Source of the DNA: Escherichia phage JM10
Sequence record: PP400777
Length of the DNA stretch: 64,000 nucleotides
Strand: one strand, 5' to 3'
The translations under genes were made by a program, and so were the position numbers. A model generated the notes under the pieces. It did not search any database. It had not been told where the DNA came from and was given only the letters and a program-made list of their open reading frames with translations. Shown piece by piece: positions 1 to 9,454 of the stretch (position 1 is its first letter; every line of letters begins with the position of its first letter).

Positions 1-207
1 ATGAGGAAGTTTTCCTTTAGATACTAAAGACTTGAATGTTTCATGGTCATACGCAGGCAGAATACATTCGTCAATGGAAGAAGGACGATATTTCTGTTCT
101 AGAATGTGTTCTTTGGAATTGATAGTAATCATGTAATTTTCCTCATTATCATTAAACTGGAGGATTTCTCCTCCATAATCGTATCACAATAAACGTAAAG
201 CTTTGAC

Positions 208-894
208 TTAGAAGTCGTGAGTAGAATCGGCTTCCATCGCAATAACATAACTTACTTGAGAGCTTTCAAACTTAGCTGCAACTTTATCACCAGATCCCCA
301 CAACATTACTTTATAGTTACCTGGCTGGATTTTCATATTAGCCATATTGATTACGAAGTTAAAGTTATTAGAACCGTCATAATCAGTAAGAGTCAAAGAA
401 TACTTAGGACGAGTTAGTCCGGAATCTTCAACTTTATTATAGCCATTGATAACAATTTTACCATCTTTATTTGTAATAGCAATTGTATCAATCTGAAGAC
501 CACGTGAAACTCGAAGTAATTGTTGAAGGTCTTCGGCTTTAATTTCAGTAATCACAGAAGCCACTGGGAATTGAATTGGCTTATTAGGAAAAACAATGGT
601 GCTCTTGTCAGCGGCAGGCCAATAAACTGTGGAACGTGTATCTGCAATTTTAATATTGCCATCAGTGTGCATTGAAATTTCAGCATCATCAGACACTAGA
701 CTCAAAATGCTTAAGAAGCTATTCAAATCATAAAGTGCTACGTCAAAATCAATTTCATCAGAGATATTTGCTTCCGCATAAGTGGTGCCATTAACTGCAC
801 GAGTCATAATAAATTTACCTTGACTCAGCAGAATGCCGGAGTTAATAGAGGCAAAGTTTTTCAGAATAGCGATAGTATCTTTAGACAGTTTCAT
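208..894 (-). CDS. 45: sliding clamp, DNA polymerase processivity factor gp45
   Basis: 228 aa from the second Met (MKLSKDT...), colinear with my recollection of T4 gp45; AGGA RBS 7 nt upstream of ATG at 894; the ORF-track start at 909 is a TTG. Confidence 0.9.
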   Translation of the reverse strand: MKLSKDTIAILKNFASINSGILLSQGKFIMTRAVNGTTYAEANISDEIDFDVALYDLNSFLSILSLVSDDAEISMHTDGNIKIADTRSTVYWPAADKSTIVFPNKPIQFPVASVITEIKAEDLQQLLRVSRGLQIDTIAITNKDGKIVINGYNKVEDSGLTRPKYSLTLTDYDGSNNFNFVINMANMKIQPGNYKVMLWGSGDKVAAKFESSQVSYVIAMEADSTHDF

Positions 895-936
895 TTTATT
901 TCCTTTCAAGACAATTCAAAGTTTATAACAAATTTA

Positions 937-1353
937 TTATGCAGCAACCATCTGCTTTTTAATAGCTTCAGGCAGTGATTCAATATATTCTGGAATTTTA
1001 GAAGCAACAATTTCGCCAGCTGCAATTAGTTGTTCGTCGGCATCAACACAGTAGAAATCTTCAAGGCGTTCAGAACCGTCTTTATCAAGAACGATTTTAG
1101 CACCTGCTTCGATAGAATCTTTATAGTGCTTACGCATCAAATGAATCCACATATCAGACACATCGTTATCAATAAAACCATAAATCATAAAACGAGTTTC
1201 TTGTGGCAAAGATTGGAGTTTTTTAGCACTTGCGTCATCACAATGCAGGACCCATGCTTTACGAACACGATTATGGTTATGCGGGTTAGCGTCAGTACGG
1301 ATAGAAGTAACTTTCAGATCAGCAGCAGTGAAACCTTTAGCAGTAGTAAACAT
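937..1353 (-). CDS. rpbA: RNA polymerase-binding protein RpbA-like
   Basis: 138-aa ORF immediately downstream of gene 45, as in T4; assignment by position and size only. Confidence 0.6.
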   Translation of the reverse strand: MFTTAKGFTAADLKVTSIRTDANPHNHNRVRKAWVLHCDDASAKKLQSLPQETRFMIYGFIDNDVSDMWIHLMRKHYKDSIEAGAKIVLDKDGSERLEDFYCVDADEQLIAAGEIVASKIPEYIESLPEAIKKQMVAA

Positions 1354-1365
1354 ATTATTTCTCTC

Positions 1366-1554
1366 TTATTCGTAGAAGTCGGTAACTGTCCATGCGGAAT
1401 TGCGATTAGACATTATTTTATTATACTCATCTTTAAAAGCAGATTTGAGCATTTGTTCAGTAACAATATGTTCTTCACCTGAAAACGTATTGGTCAAAAC
1501 ATATTTTTTAATTTCAGGGACAACTAGAAGATGTTGGCCAGTTGAATACTCCAT
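1366..1554 (-). CDS. small protein at the gp45.2 position (62 aa)
   Basis: GGAG RBS 6 nt upstream of the internal ATG (MEYSTG...); 62 aa matches the T4 45.2 size; position between 46 and rpbA. Confidence 0.55.
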   Translation of the reverse strand: MEYSTGQHLLVVPEIKKYVLTNTFSGEEHIVTEQMLKSAFKDEYNKIMSNRNSAWTVTDFYE

Positions 1555-1571
1555 GTTGTTCTCCATTTAAT

Positions 1572-1610
1572 TTGATGTGGTCATTATAACCACATCATGT
1601 TAAAGCGTTT
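1572..1610 (-). promoter_or_regulatory. middle-type promoter candidate (MotA-box-like CGCTTTA 12 nt upstream of TATAAT, -10 flanked by 8-bp inverted repeat)
   Basis: Minus strand reads ataaaCGCTTTAacatGATGTGGT TATAAT gACCACATCa; precedes 45.2-rpbA-45. Confidence 0.4.
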
Positions 1611-3297
1611 ATGAAACAGTCATTACCGTAAATCGTCCAACTTTGCTCATTTGAAGATGTTGTCCATAAGCTTGTGGGTCATGGTCTCTGTGACTAATTA
1701 TAAACACGTTTGCATCGGTTAGAGAGTTAAGAATTGTTGAAATAGCTTTAATACCTTCAGAATCAGTCGCGGAATCCATGACTTCGTCCATAATTAATGT
1801 ATTGATTCTAACACCAGAGACCTTTTCAGCGATATCTCGCCATGTAAACAACAATGCGATATCGATACGTGCCTTTTCACCTTGACTAAATGAAGCATAA
1901 CTGAATTCTTCACGTCCACGTGATTTTATAGATTCATTGAATTCTTCGTCAATAGAAAACACATAATCAGCTTCCATGATTTTAAGATAATGGTTAATCT
2001 GCTTGTTGAACAGAGGCACATATTTTTTAATGATAGCACCTTTAATACCAGAATCTTTTAACATATCTGTGATAATACCACGATGGTATTTTTCAAGAAC
2101 GATATCCGATTTTGTTTTAATGATTTTATCAAGTTCTTTTTGAAGCAAAGCTATCTCATCGGCATGGTCGATAAATTCCGCCGAGGCTTGTTCTATTGCA
2201 GCTTTAACTTTCTTAGCTTTATCAATAGTGGCAATCATTGCTTGTTTCTTGGTACGAATATCAGATGCAAGGTCCTGTTTAGTCTTAACATTAGCTCTAT
2301 ATTCGTCCACTAGGACACTCAGATTATCTCTGTGACATGTAAGTTGCTCGAATGAGTGATTACATTCGTGAAGCTTATCGGTAATCTTAGAGACAATAGG
2401 ATCACCCTGGTGCAACTGCGATGCACAAGTAGGACATGTACCACCATCATGATACATCTTAATAACTTTGTTATACGAGTCAATTTTAGATTTAATCAAG
2501 AATGCTTCTTGTCCGATCTTGTTGAATGCCTCAGTAGGGTCTTCATCAAGAACGATATTAAGTAGACGCTCGTTAGCTTCTTCGATTTCTGCTTTTAATG
2601 AACGAGCTTCTTTGGCTAGGTCGTCATACATATTCTGTAGACGCGCTACATTATCACCAGATAATTTCTTTTGACGTTCGATATTCTCGTTATAAATCTT
2701 AATTTGTTGGATAATACCATCTTTCTTGGCATCGAGAACTTGTCCCTGGGAATTAAGTTCTCGAACTTGAGACTTATTGATTTTATCCATTTCAGCGAGT
2801 GTGCCGACTTCTAAAAGGTCTTCGACAAGTTTTCTACGAGCAGGGGTGCTAAGAGCCATGAAAGGGGTATACCCTGCCGTCCCAAGCACAACGATTTGTT
2901 TAAAAGACGCGTATGACATTCCGATGCTACGTTCAAATTCTTCTTGGAAGTCACGACTGCTGGCAGATTCATCGAGACGAACACCGTCAACGGAGATTTC
3001 GAAAATATTGGGCTTTTGGCCACGTCTAATGAAGTATTTTTTATCATCGAATTCCATCCAAAGCTCAACTAAGAGCTCTTTCTTGTTCGTGCTATTAATG
3101 ATTTGTCCTTTCTTAACATCACGAAATGGTTTACCGAAAAGTCCGAAAGTAATGGCTTCTAACATCGTAGATTTACCACCGCCATTTTTACCAGTGATTA
3201 ATGTCTTTTGGACTTTATCTAATTGGATATCAATAGGATTCCCACCTACCGACATGATGTTTTGATAACGAACACGATTTAATTTAAATGATTTCAT
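1609..3297 (-). CDS. 46: recombination endonuclease subunit gp46 (Rad50/SbcC-like ATPase)
   Basis: 562 aa; Walker A GKNGGGKST, zinc hook CPTC, ABC signature FSQGEKAR, Walker B LIMDEV. Confidence 0.9.
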   Translation of the reverse strand: MKSFKLNRVRYQNIMSVGGNPIDIQLDKVQKTLITGKNGGGKSTMLEAITFGLFGKPFRDVKKGQIINSTNKKELLVELWMEFDDKKYFIRRGQKPNIFEISVDGVRLDESASSRDFQEEFERSIGMSYASFKQIVVLGTAGYTPFMALSTPARRKLVEDLLEVGTLAEMDKINKSQVRELNSQGQVLDAKKDGIIQQIKIYNENIERQKKLSGDNVARLQNMYDDLAKEARSLKAEIEEANERLLNIVLDEDPTEAFNKIGQEAFLIKSKIDSYNKVIKMYHDGGTCPTCASQLHQGDPIVSKITDKLHECNHSFEQLTCHRDNLSVLVDEYRANVKTKQDLASDIRTKKQAMIATIDKAKKVKAAIEQASAEFIDHADEIALLQKELDKIIKTKSDIVLEKYHRGIITDMLKDSGIKGAIIKKYVPLFNKQINHYLKIMEADYVFSIDEEFNESIKSRGREEFSYASFSQGEKARIDIALLFTWRDIAEKVSGVRINTLIMDEVMDSATDSEGIKAISTILNSLTDANVFIISHRDHDPQAYGQHLQMSKVGRFTVMTVS

Positions 3298-3548
3298 ATG
3301 TATTCTCTTCGAATGAAGTCCTCTACATATTTTAACATGTCATCCCTATCAGCAAAATATTCATCTAGTTCTGCATACATAACAACACCTGGTGCGTACT
3401 CACAGGTAACATATATTGTTCCAAAGAAACGAGGAGTTGATTCCTCGTAATTCTCAGTCCATTCAACGATACCAATATAACCGTCACCAATACTAAATTC
3501 ATGACGATGGATTTCATAATCAGTCTTCGTCATTATACGCATCCTCAA
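3294..3548 (-). CDS. hypothetical protein (46.1 position)
   Basis: 84-aa ORF between genes 46 and 47; start overlaps the upstream stop. Confidence 0.5.
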   Translation of the reverse strand: MRMRIMTKTDYEIHRHEFSIGDGYIGIVEWTENYEESTPRFFGTIYVTCEYAPGVVMYAELDEYFADRDDMLKYVEDFIRREYI

Positions 3549-3774
3549 TACACGCTTCAGCCATTTTAAGAATAGAGCCGGGAGTATCGTTGTCCATTAT
3601 ATTAAAGCTAAATTCAATAGCCCAGTCGGTGCAGACATGAACTGCTTTAACTTCATTGCCTTCAACACGTAATGGTTCAATCCAATACTTGATAGTGTTC
3701 TCGAATCCATCATCTTTAACGTCTATTTCAACTTCAAGCCCAAGACCAGCATTATTAAATTCATCTAAAGTCAT
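3520..3774 (-). CDS. hypothetical protein (46.2 position)
   Basis: 84-aa acidic ORF; its start overlaps the gene 47 stop. Confidence 0.5.
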   Translation of the reverse strand: MTLDEFNNAGLGLEVEIDVKDDGFENTIKYWIEPLRVEGNEVKAVHVCTDWAIEFSFNIMDNDTPGSILKMAEACIEDAYNDED

Positions 3775-4790
3775 TGTGTCGCCTCAATATAAAGTTCGTT
3801 GGAATATTTGACCAGCGCTTCTCTGTCTTCGTCTGAGATATCTGGAATCGCGTCAATATATTCTTTAATGATATCTTGAAGTGATTTAATCTCGATTTCC
3901 TGGTCGTCATCAGATTCAACACTGTTATCAACTTTAGAAACCATACGAAGAGAGTGAACTACTTTTTCAAGTTCAGATTCAAACTTAGTCAACTCTGAAT
4001 CAATTTCTGATACTATAACACGTACGGCTAGATTAGTATAATCAGAATAATTGATTTTGCCTTTAAATGGATAAGTGATTCGTCGATGCCATGTTGTTTC
4101 ATTAGGAATAAATTCCATACGTTCAACATCAGTGTCAAATACCCAGAATCCGCGAGGGTCGTTCTCATCACCTGCAGTAAGGGTCCATGGTGTCCCAATA
4201 TATTTGACGTTAGCCGCTTCAGAGATTGTGTGGAAGTGGCCGGACCAGACTTGTTTATAGGTCTTTAAGAAATCAGGTTCAAGCCCGTGAGACTTCATCC
4301 CTTTATAGAAATAAAAGCCATTCAGTTCCCAATGACCAACACAATACGCGGCAGAAGAAGTCTTGATGTGCTCTAAGATTTCACCTGTATTTTCTTCGCA
4401 CATCCATGGAACGATATCAATCAGACATCCGTCAAAATCTACAGTAGTCGGATGCTCGTAAATAGTAAAGTTTTCAAATTGAGTTAACAATTCAGAAACA
4501 GTGTTAGGTGTTATTGTATTCTTAAACGCCATGTCATGGTTTCCTATCGTGACATGAACGTGAATGCCTGCTTTAGAAATCATATCAACGATTTCACGAT
4601 TGAATTCCATTGTACGATGTGTTATTGCTTTACGGACGTCAAACCAATCACCGTACTGAATCCAAGTTTTAATCCCGTGTTTCTTAGAGTATTCAATTGC
4701 TTGACGAATACCGTCACGTTGAATATCTTGAACCCATGGGTCGTCTTGTTTGACTCCGATATGGAAGTCGCCTAAGTGCAAAATTTTCAT
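3771..4790 (-). CDS. 47: recombination endonuclease subunit gp47 (Mre11/SbcD-like phosphoesterase)
   Basis: 339 aa; calcineurin-like motifs LHLGDFH and GNHD. Confidence 0.9.
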   Translation of the reverse strand: MKILHLGDFHIGVKQDDPWVQDIQRDGIRQAIEYSKKHGIKTWIQYGDWFDVRKAITHRTMEFNREIVDMISKAGIHVHVTIGNHDMAFKNTITPNTVSELLTQFENFTIYEHPTTVDFDGCLIDIVPWMCEENTGEILEHIKTSSAAYCVGHWELNGFYFYKGMKSHGLEPDFLKTYKQVWSGHFHTISEAANVKYIGTPWTLTAGDENDPRGFWVFDTDVERMEFIPNETTWHRRITYPFKGKINYSDYTNLAVRVIVSEIDSELTKFESELEKVVHSLRMVSKVDNSVESDDDQEIEIKSLQDIIKEYIDAIPDISDEDREALVKYSNELYIEATQ

Positions 4791-4834
4791 ATTATTTCCT
4801 CATTAGTTAATTCATTCTATCATCCGTTTATAAA

Positions 4835-4860
4835 GCAAAAAAGGAACTCCGAAGAGTTCC
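4835..4860 (-). terminator. rho-independent terminator candidate
   Basis: Minus strand GGAACTC-TTCG-GAGTTCC hairpin followed by TTTTTTGC; sits upstream of gene 47. Confidence 0.55.
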
Positions 4861-5072
4861 TATCCACATAGTACACCGTACAAAGGCTCATTTGAACTTT
4901 TAAATCGAATGGGCTTGTATGTAATAGTTCCTTCGGCTTTAGCTTTATCGTAAGACTCTTTAAAACGTCTCATTCTTTCTGCTTTGCCTTTACGGATTTT
5001 ATCGAAATTTTCAGAGGTCAGGTCGTTCGTCATGCATAATCATCTCTCAGAAAATACCTAAACCGATTTCTC

Positions 5073-5294
5073 TCATCGTTTCCACCATTTCTTAACTTGA
5101 AATGAATCAACCCACACGAGTTGTTTTGGGTCAGCCTTTACAATAGGCGGACAAATTTCTGTAATAGAACCGTCGTGATATTCCTTTTCAGAGATTTTAA
5201 CACAAAGAGGACCTCCCAATTTAAGGGTGAACCCTGCGTTCAGCTTCAGACGTTTAAACTTTGTTTGAACTAGCGCCATTAATGATGTCCTCAA
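5073..5294 (-). CDS. hypothetical protein
   Basis: 73-aa ORF in the 47-55 interval; true start may be the internal Met at 5279. Confidence 0.35.
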   Translation of the reverse strand: MRTSLMALVQTKFKRLKLNAGFTLKLGGPLCVKISEKEYHDGSITEICPPIVKADPKQLVWVDSFQVKKWWKR

Positions 5295-5577
5295 TAGCCT
5301 GACGTGTAGTAACCCACTGGATTTTAATTAACTTGTCATTATATGGTTGTCGTAGAATATCCCGAGATTTCTTAATAGCATATTCGTAAGCTTCGAAGTT
5401 GTTTTTAATTGCTGCTTCTTGAGCATGAGCATAAAGACGGTTTAGTTCAAAACGATTCTTTTTAAGAATCTTTTCGGATTTTTTACGTGCTTCAGCTTCA
5501 TTTTTCTTTTGGATTTCTTGTAGCATTTTAGCTACTGCATCTTCTGCTTCTTTATTTTCAATAATCTCGGTAGTCAT
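5254..5577 (-). CDS. hypothetical protein (47.1 position), Lys/Glu-rich
   Basis: 107-aa ORF; no recognisable motif. Confidence 0.5.
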   Translation of the reverse strand: MTTEIIENKEAEDAVAKMLQEIQKKNEAEARKKSEKILKKNRFELNRLYAHAQEAAIKNNFEAYEYAIKKSRDILRQPYNDKLIKIQWVTTRQAIEDIINGASSNKV

Positions 5578-5578
5578 A

Positions 5579-5794
5579 TTATCTCATTAAATTAAAATAA
5601 AAACGTCCATCCTCTTCAATACAGAACTCATACTCAACCGGAGTCCCATTTATCGAAAATGACACGTCATGTGGGTTCAAAGGGTCGATGTCAAAATTAA
5701 TTTTAAATTCACGACCCAACAATTTTACCAAATAAGGGATTGCTTCGTCAAAAGGTTCTTCTAAGTAGTTAGAGATGTCAATTGTCATCCTCAT
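5579..5794 (-). CDS. hypothetical small protein
   Basis: ORF-track ORF 5579..5872 overlaps the gene 55 3' end; trimmed to the internal ATG at 5794. No clear RBS. Confidence 0.3.
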   Translation of the reverse strand: MRMTIDISNYLEEPFDEAIPYLVKLLGREFKINFDIDPLNPHDVSFSINGTPVEYEFCIEEDGRFYFNLMR

Positions 5795-6353
5795 ATAAAA
5801 AATCCAAACTAGGCGAATCGCTAACAACTTCCTTCTTTTCAGCCCCAGGAGCTTTATAAGCGGATTCTTCATAACGCGTCATTTTATCGTAGATGTCTTG
5901 AATAAACGTTTCATCTACCAACGCTACCATATCATCGTCATGACTGTCGTAGACATTATGAACGAAGTAACTATATTTCTTTGCAACTTCCTTACGTTCT
6001 TTTTTGATACGTTGGACAAAAGCATTAAAACAAGCTCGAGTTATGTATGCATGTGGGTTATTGTACTTAGTTTCGTCGAAATTATGAAGTCCCTTAATAG
6101 AGGCTTCAATACCATCTGCAATCATCTCCTGCTTCCAAGACTGGGTATATCCTGAAAAGTTGAAACGTTTGGACAGGCCTTCGGCGATAAGCATAATTGC
6201 TAAACCGATGGTATCATTCTGACGAATAATTTTGTTTGGGTCTTTATTATTTAAGAGCTCCTTTTTCCACTCGATTATAGCGGCGAGAAGCTCTTTATTA
6301 TTCACATAGTTATTTTTATGTTTTTGTTCAGTCATAAGTACCTCTTGGCTCAA
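5778..6353 (-). CDS. 55: late-transcription sigma factor gp55
   Basis: 191 aa colinear with my recollection of T4 gp55 (…[32 protein letters not shown]…). Confidence 0.9.
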   Translation of the reverse strand: MSQEVLMTEQKHKNNYVNNKELLAAIIEWKKELLNNKDPNKIIRQNDTIGLAIMLIAEGLSKRFNFSGYTQSWKQEMIADGIEASIKGLHNFDETKYNNPHAYITRACFNAFVQRIKKERKEVAKKYSYFVHNVYDSHDDDMVALVDETFIQDIYDKMTRYEESAYKAPGAEKKEVVSDSPSLDFLYEDDN

Positions 6354-6490
6354 TTCATAGGTCTATTATATCATAATATTTAGAGACCTATCTTAAAGCA
6401 CGAGATACTATCAAAGATACGTAACTTTCATAAAGTTGTCGACTTAAAATTCACTAAACTTTTCTTCGGTTATAGCGATTCAAGATAGTT

Positions 6491-6718
6491 TCATTCTATT
6501 TCCTTTGCTGCAAATAAGGCAGCATCCAACGAATCAAATTGGTCAACAAAATCAATATTTAACGCATCGTCAACCGTAGCATATAACCACCATTGTTTGA
6601 ATTCATATTCAAGAATAAATCCAGGACCTTCAATCTGAGGAAGACCTAGGCTATTTGTACCAACTTCGTAACCAGCTAGACGCAGGTCATTAATCAAAGT
6701 TTCTGTTAATACGCTCAT
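6491..6718 (-). CDS. hypothetical protein
   Basis: 75-aa ORF, acidic. Confidence 0.45.
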   Translation of the reverse strand: MSVLTETLINDLRLAGYEVGTNSLGLPQIEGPGFILEYEFKQWWLYATVDDALNIDFVDQFDSLDAALFAAKEIE

Positions 6719-7047
6719 TTTGCCGCCTTAACAATTTTCAGGTCAACGAATTTTTTCTTACGCTGATTTTTCATACGACGGATAGTCTTTTCAGAGATTT
6801 CATGTTTCTGATAAGCTTTAGATTCAACACCAAATGCAGCAACGTCAAATTCAGAAAGAATATATTGTACTAGAATTTCGCGAATAGAATTACGTCCAAT
6901 TTTCTGGTCGTGTTTTTGCATGATTTCATAAAGACGGAATTCCCACGCGTCAAGAACTTGAGGAGTAACAATATTGCCGGATTCCAGAAGAGCAACAACT
7001 TTATCGAAAGCGAAAGAATTAACTACGTTTTTGATTTTAGTAGACAT
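6715..7047 (-). CDS. hypothetical protein
   Basis: Start moved to the internal ATG (MSTKIKNV) preceded by GAGGAAAATAAT; the annotated first ATG lies inside the promoter -10 element. Confidence 0.5.
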   Translation of the reverse strand: MSTKIKNVVNSFAFDKVVALLESGNIVTPQVLDAWEFRLYEIMQKHDQKIGRNSIREILVQYILSEFDVAAFGVESKAYQKHEISEKTIRRMKNQRKKKFVDLKIVKAAK

Positions 7048-7075
7048 ATTATTTTCCTCGGTTATTTTATTATCC

Positions 7076-7114
7076 AATGAGAGCATTATACTCTGCTCTC
7101 AAGAGTTTGTAAAT
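7076..7114 (-). promoter_or_regulatory. early promoter candidate with flanking inverted repeat (PeSL-like); duplicate copy at 35062-35100
   Basis: Minus strand gaTTTACAaactcttGAGAGCAgag TATAAT GCTCTCattgg; 45-bp near-identical copy at 35053-35100. Confidence 0.5.
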
Positions 7115-7116
7115 CG

Positions 7117-7329
7117 TTATCCGAACTTTTTAGCGCCTTTCCAGCCTTCGTACATAACTGCACAAGTCAGTAGTACAGCGTGCTGGCATTCTTTGTATTT
7201 GTAAATCCAGAACCAGCGTAAGAAGTCTTCATCCTCAACACCGTTGAGTTTCATATTGGCAAAGAATTCGGCACGTTCTTCACGAAGCTTTTGCGATAAC
7301 ATAGATTCAGGATTCATTTTGTGTTCCAC
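7117..7329 (-). CDS. hypothetical protein
   Basis: 70-aa ORF. Confidence 0.45.
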   Translation of the reverse strand: MEHKMNPESMLSQKLREERAEFFANMKLNGVEDEDFLRWFWIYKYKECQHAVLLTCAVMYEGWKGAKKFG

Positions 7330-7448
7330 GCCCCATTTTCATCGATGAACTTAATCCAGTCATTTACAGACCATTTAGTTGTATCACCCTTTGAATTAAC
7401 ATTTAAAGTATATAATCCATGCTTAAAAAGCATTCGTTTTATATTCAT
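7314..7448 (-). CDS. hypothetical small protein
   Basis: 44 aa from the internal ATG preceded by GAGGAA; the longer ORF-track version overlaps the upstream gene. Confidence 0.35.
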   Translation of the reverse strand: MNIKRMLFKHGLYTLNVNSKGDTTKWSVNDWIKFIDENGAWNTK

Positions 7449-7455
7449 AATTTCC

Positions 7456-7749
7456 TCAACTGTAACGATAACATTCGTTAGCTTTACGTTTGGCTTCAGT
7501 ATGAGAAGTATTATAATCATAATCTTCTTTACTGTAAACATCTTTTTTCAACTTACGAACTTCTTTGCGGAGTTGTCGATTCATTTCGTTCTTGACTTCA
7601 GAATCAACGCCTTTCATACGTTTCCATTTATCTGAGCGGAAAATGTTTTCAACCATGTCTTTGTGGCTAACACCGTCAGGAGCTTTACGTTTACCAAAAT
7701 AGTCATAATCACGAACTTTCAAATCTTTACGACGATACGTTTTACCCAT
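7456..7749 (-). CDS. hypothetical basic protein
   Basis: Start at MGKTYRRK preceded by GAGGT; Lys/Arg-rich. Confidence 0.45.
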   Translation of the reverse strand: MGKTYRRKDLKVRDYDYFGKRKAPDGVSHKDMVENIFRSDKWKRMKGVDSEVKNEMNRQLRKEVRKLKKDVYSKEDYDYNTSHTEAKRKANECYRYS

Positions 7750-7756
7750 AAGTACC

Positions 7757-8005
7757 TCAGAGGTTGATTGATACAACGCGTTTGATAAAATTCACTTCAC
7801 TTACTGAAAGGTCTTTAAGACCGATTGATTCTAAACGCTGAATAAAAGTCAACATTGGGATATAGTCCCAATGTGTTTTAGACGTTTGATAAGTACGGAC
7901 GCCATTAGCAATTTCAACGTTCAAATCGGAAATGGTAACGAATACCGGTCGCTCATCATTAACTTTAAGGGTTAGAACAACTTTCTTTGAATCTAAACTA
8001 ATCAT
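7757..8005 (-). CDS. hypothetical protein
   Basis: 82-aa ORF. Confidence 0.5.
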   Translation of the reverse strand: MISLDSKKVVLTLKVNDERPVFVTISDLNVEIANGVRTYQTSKTHWDYIPMLTFIQRLESIGLKDLSVSEVNFIKRVVSINL

Positions 8006-8184
8006 GGCTTAATTTCCTTCGCAATTGAACAGAAGATACCACGGTCACAAAGCATTTCACCAATTTCTGGATATTTGATTGAACGGTACCAAACATCCAG
8101 GCTTGAAACTCTGGTTATCTGTACTGCATTACCGTTGACAGAATAGTACTGGTCAACCTTAATTTCTTTATCTTCAATTGTCAT
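8002..8184 (-). CDS. hypothetical small protein
   Basis: Start at the internal ATG (MTIEDKEIKV) with a strong GAGGAAA RBS; a promoter-like GTTTAC-17-TAAGAT lies upstream at about 8196-8246. Confidence 0.45.
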   Translation of the reverse strand: MTIEDKEIKVDQYYSVNGNAVQITRVSSLDVWYRSIKYPEIGEMLCDRGIFCSIAKEIKP

Positions 8185-8349
8185 TTTATTTTCCTCTATA
8201 GTAGATGGTTTAATCTTAACACATCTATTGAGGATGTAAACTGTTTTATGAAAATATTTTTGTTTTGAGAGGGGCACAAGGAGATAGTGAAGTGAAGATT
8301 CCAATGGATTATATTAGAAATGAGATAAAGAAGACCAGGCGGCACCTGG

Positions 8350-8658
8350 TCAATCTTCTATGATATCAGAGTCATATCCTAATGAAATCAAGGACTTTTT
8401 AAACTCTGCAATATTCTTTTGTTTCTTATCATTTAAAAATATGACAGGATAACGAATATTAAGTGAAGTGAATCCTGCACGTTTAGCAAGAGATACGATT
8501 AAAGGACGGTCATATTCAATCTTACCATTATTAGTGAGGACTTTATAAAATGTATAAGGAGCATTGAGTTCCTTTAAAAGTTTTGTAACAGTATAACATC
8601 CTGGACAACGTCCAACTTCTTCAGGGATGCCATAAATTTCAATCTTGTTGTGTTCCAC
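8350..8658 (-). CDS. nrdH: glutaredoxin-like protein NrdH
   Basis: 102 aa with CPGC active-site-like motif; lies upstream of nrdG/nrdD as in T4. Confidence 0.75.
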   Translation of the reverse strand: MEHNKIEIYGIPEEVGRCPGCYTVTKLLKELNAPYTFYKVLTNNGKIEYDRPLIVSLAKRAGFTSLNIRYPVIFLNDKKQKNIAEFKKSLISLGYDSDIIED

Positions 8659-8660
8659 AA

Positions 8661-8873
8661 TTATTCCTTGCCAAGAACAGAATTCAGTTTATTAGTAATT
8701 TTGTCCAAACGTTCATTGAATTCGCTGGAGGATAAACCCTTTTCCGGAGAAATTAAACTAATCATGAAAAATACAACAGTAAAAGGAATAAGAAAAATAG
8801 CTCCAACTGCCATAAACAAAAAGAACGTTACAGTTGTAAGAAAATCAGCTAAACCTTTACGAAATTTATACAT
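8661..8873 (-). CDS. small membrane protein
   Basis: 70 aa with one long hydrophobic segment. Confidence 0.45.
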   Translation of the reverse strand: MYKFRKGLADFLTTVTFFLFMAVGAIFLIPFTVVFFMISLISPEKGLSSSEFNERLDKITNKLNSVLGKE

Positions 8874-8983
8874 ATTTACCCTTAATTAACTAAGCATTGA
8901 TAAGCACTAAACTATATTGCGAATAAAATTCTGGACCAAAACGAAAAATCATATCATTTATAGTATCCATAATGTAATTCAAT

Positions 8984-9454
8984 TTAATCATGTTTCCACA
9001 CCCCATCAGTATTTGACCAAAGTCGCTGATTATCTGATCCTCGCCACAGCTTTTTAGTCGGAAGATTTTTCTCATACTTCCCATCAATAATAACATCAAC
9101 ATATTTAAGCATTTCTAGTTGTTTAATATCTTCAAACTTATATCCTGTCCACAACCAAATGCTTTTATTTGGATAAAGATTTTTAATAGTTTGAACCACA
9201 GAGTGAATCACATCTCTGTTATCAGGATAGAGAGGGTCACCTCCGGTTATAGTCAATCCTTCTATATAATCATTATTCAAACATTCAATTAATTGTTCTA
9301 GTGTTTCACCAGTGAATGGAATACCATTTCTAGCATTCCATGTTGATTTATTATAACACCCTTCGCATTTATGCAAACAACCTGTGACGAAAAGAACGAC
9401 CCTGCAACCAGGGCCATTCACAAAATCGCAAGGATAAAATCTATCATAATTCAT
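8984..9454 (-). CDS. nrdG: anaerobic ribonucleotide reductase activating protein NrdG (radical SAM)
   Basis: 156 aa; radical-SAM cysteine cluster CLHKCEGCYN. Confidence 0.9.
   Translation of the reverse strand: MNYDRFYPCDFVNGPGCRVVLFVTGCLHKCEGCYNKSTWNARNGIPFTGETLEQLIECLNNDYIEGLTITGGDPLYPDNRDVIHSVVQTIKNLYPNKSIWLWTGYKFEDIKQLEMLKYVDVIIDGKYEKNLPTKKLWRGSDNQRLWSNTDGVWKHD

Noticed and set aside
217-3265. Plus-strand ORFs inside the minus-strand genes 45, rpbA and 46 (217-417, 1030-1482, 2083-2313, 2356-2565, 2468-2674, 2777-3265)
   Set aside because: They lie antisense within well-supported conserved genes, have no RBS and low-complexity translations; treated as shadow ORFs.
4861-5033. 57-aa minus-strand ORF between the gene 47 terminator and the 47.1-type ORFs
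   Set aside because: Below the ORF-track size threshold, weak RBS (GAGAG) and no recognisable motif; too uncertain to list as a feature.
8890-9102. 70-aa minus-strand ORF overlapping the 3' part of nrdG
   Set aside because: Out-of-frame overlap with the strongly supported radical-SAM gene; no RBS.
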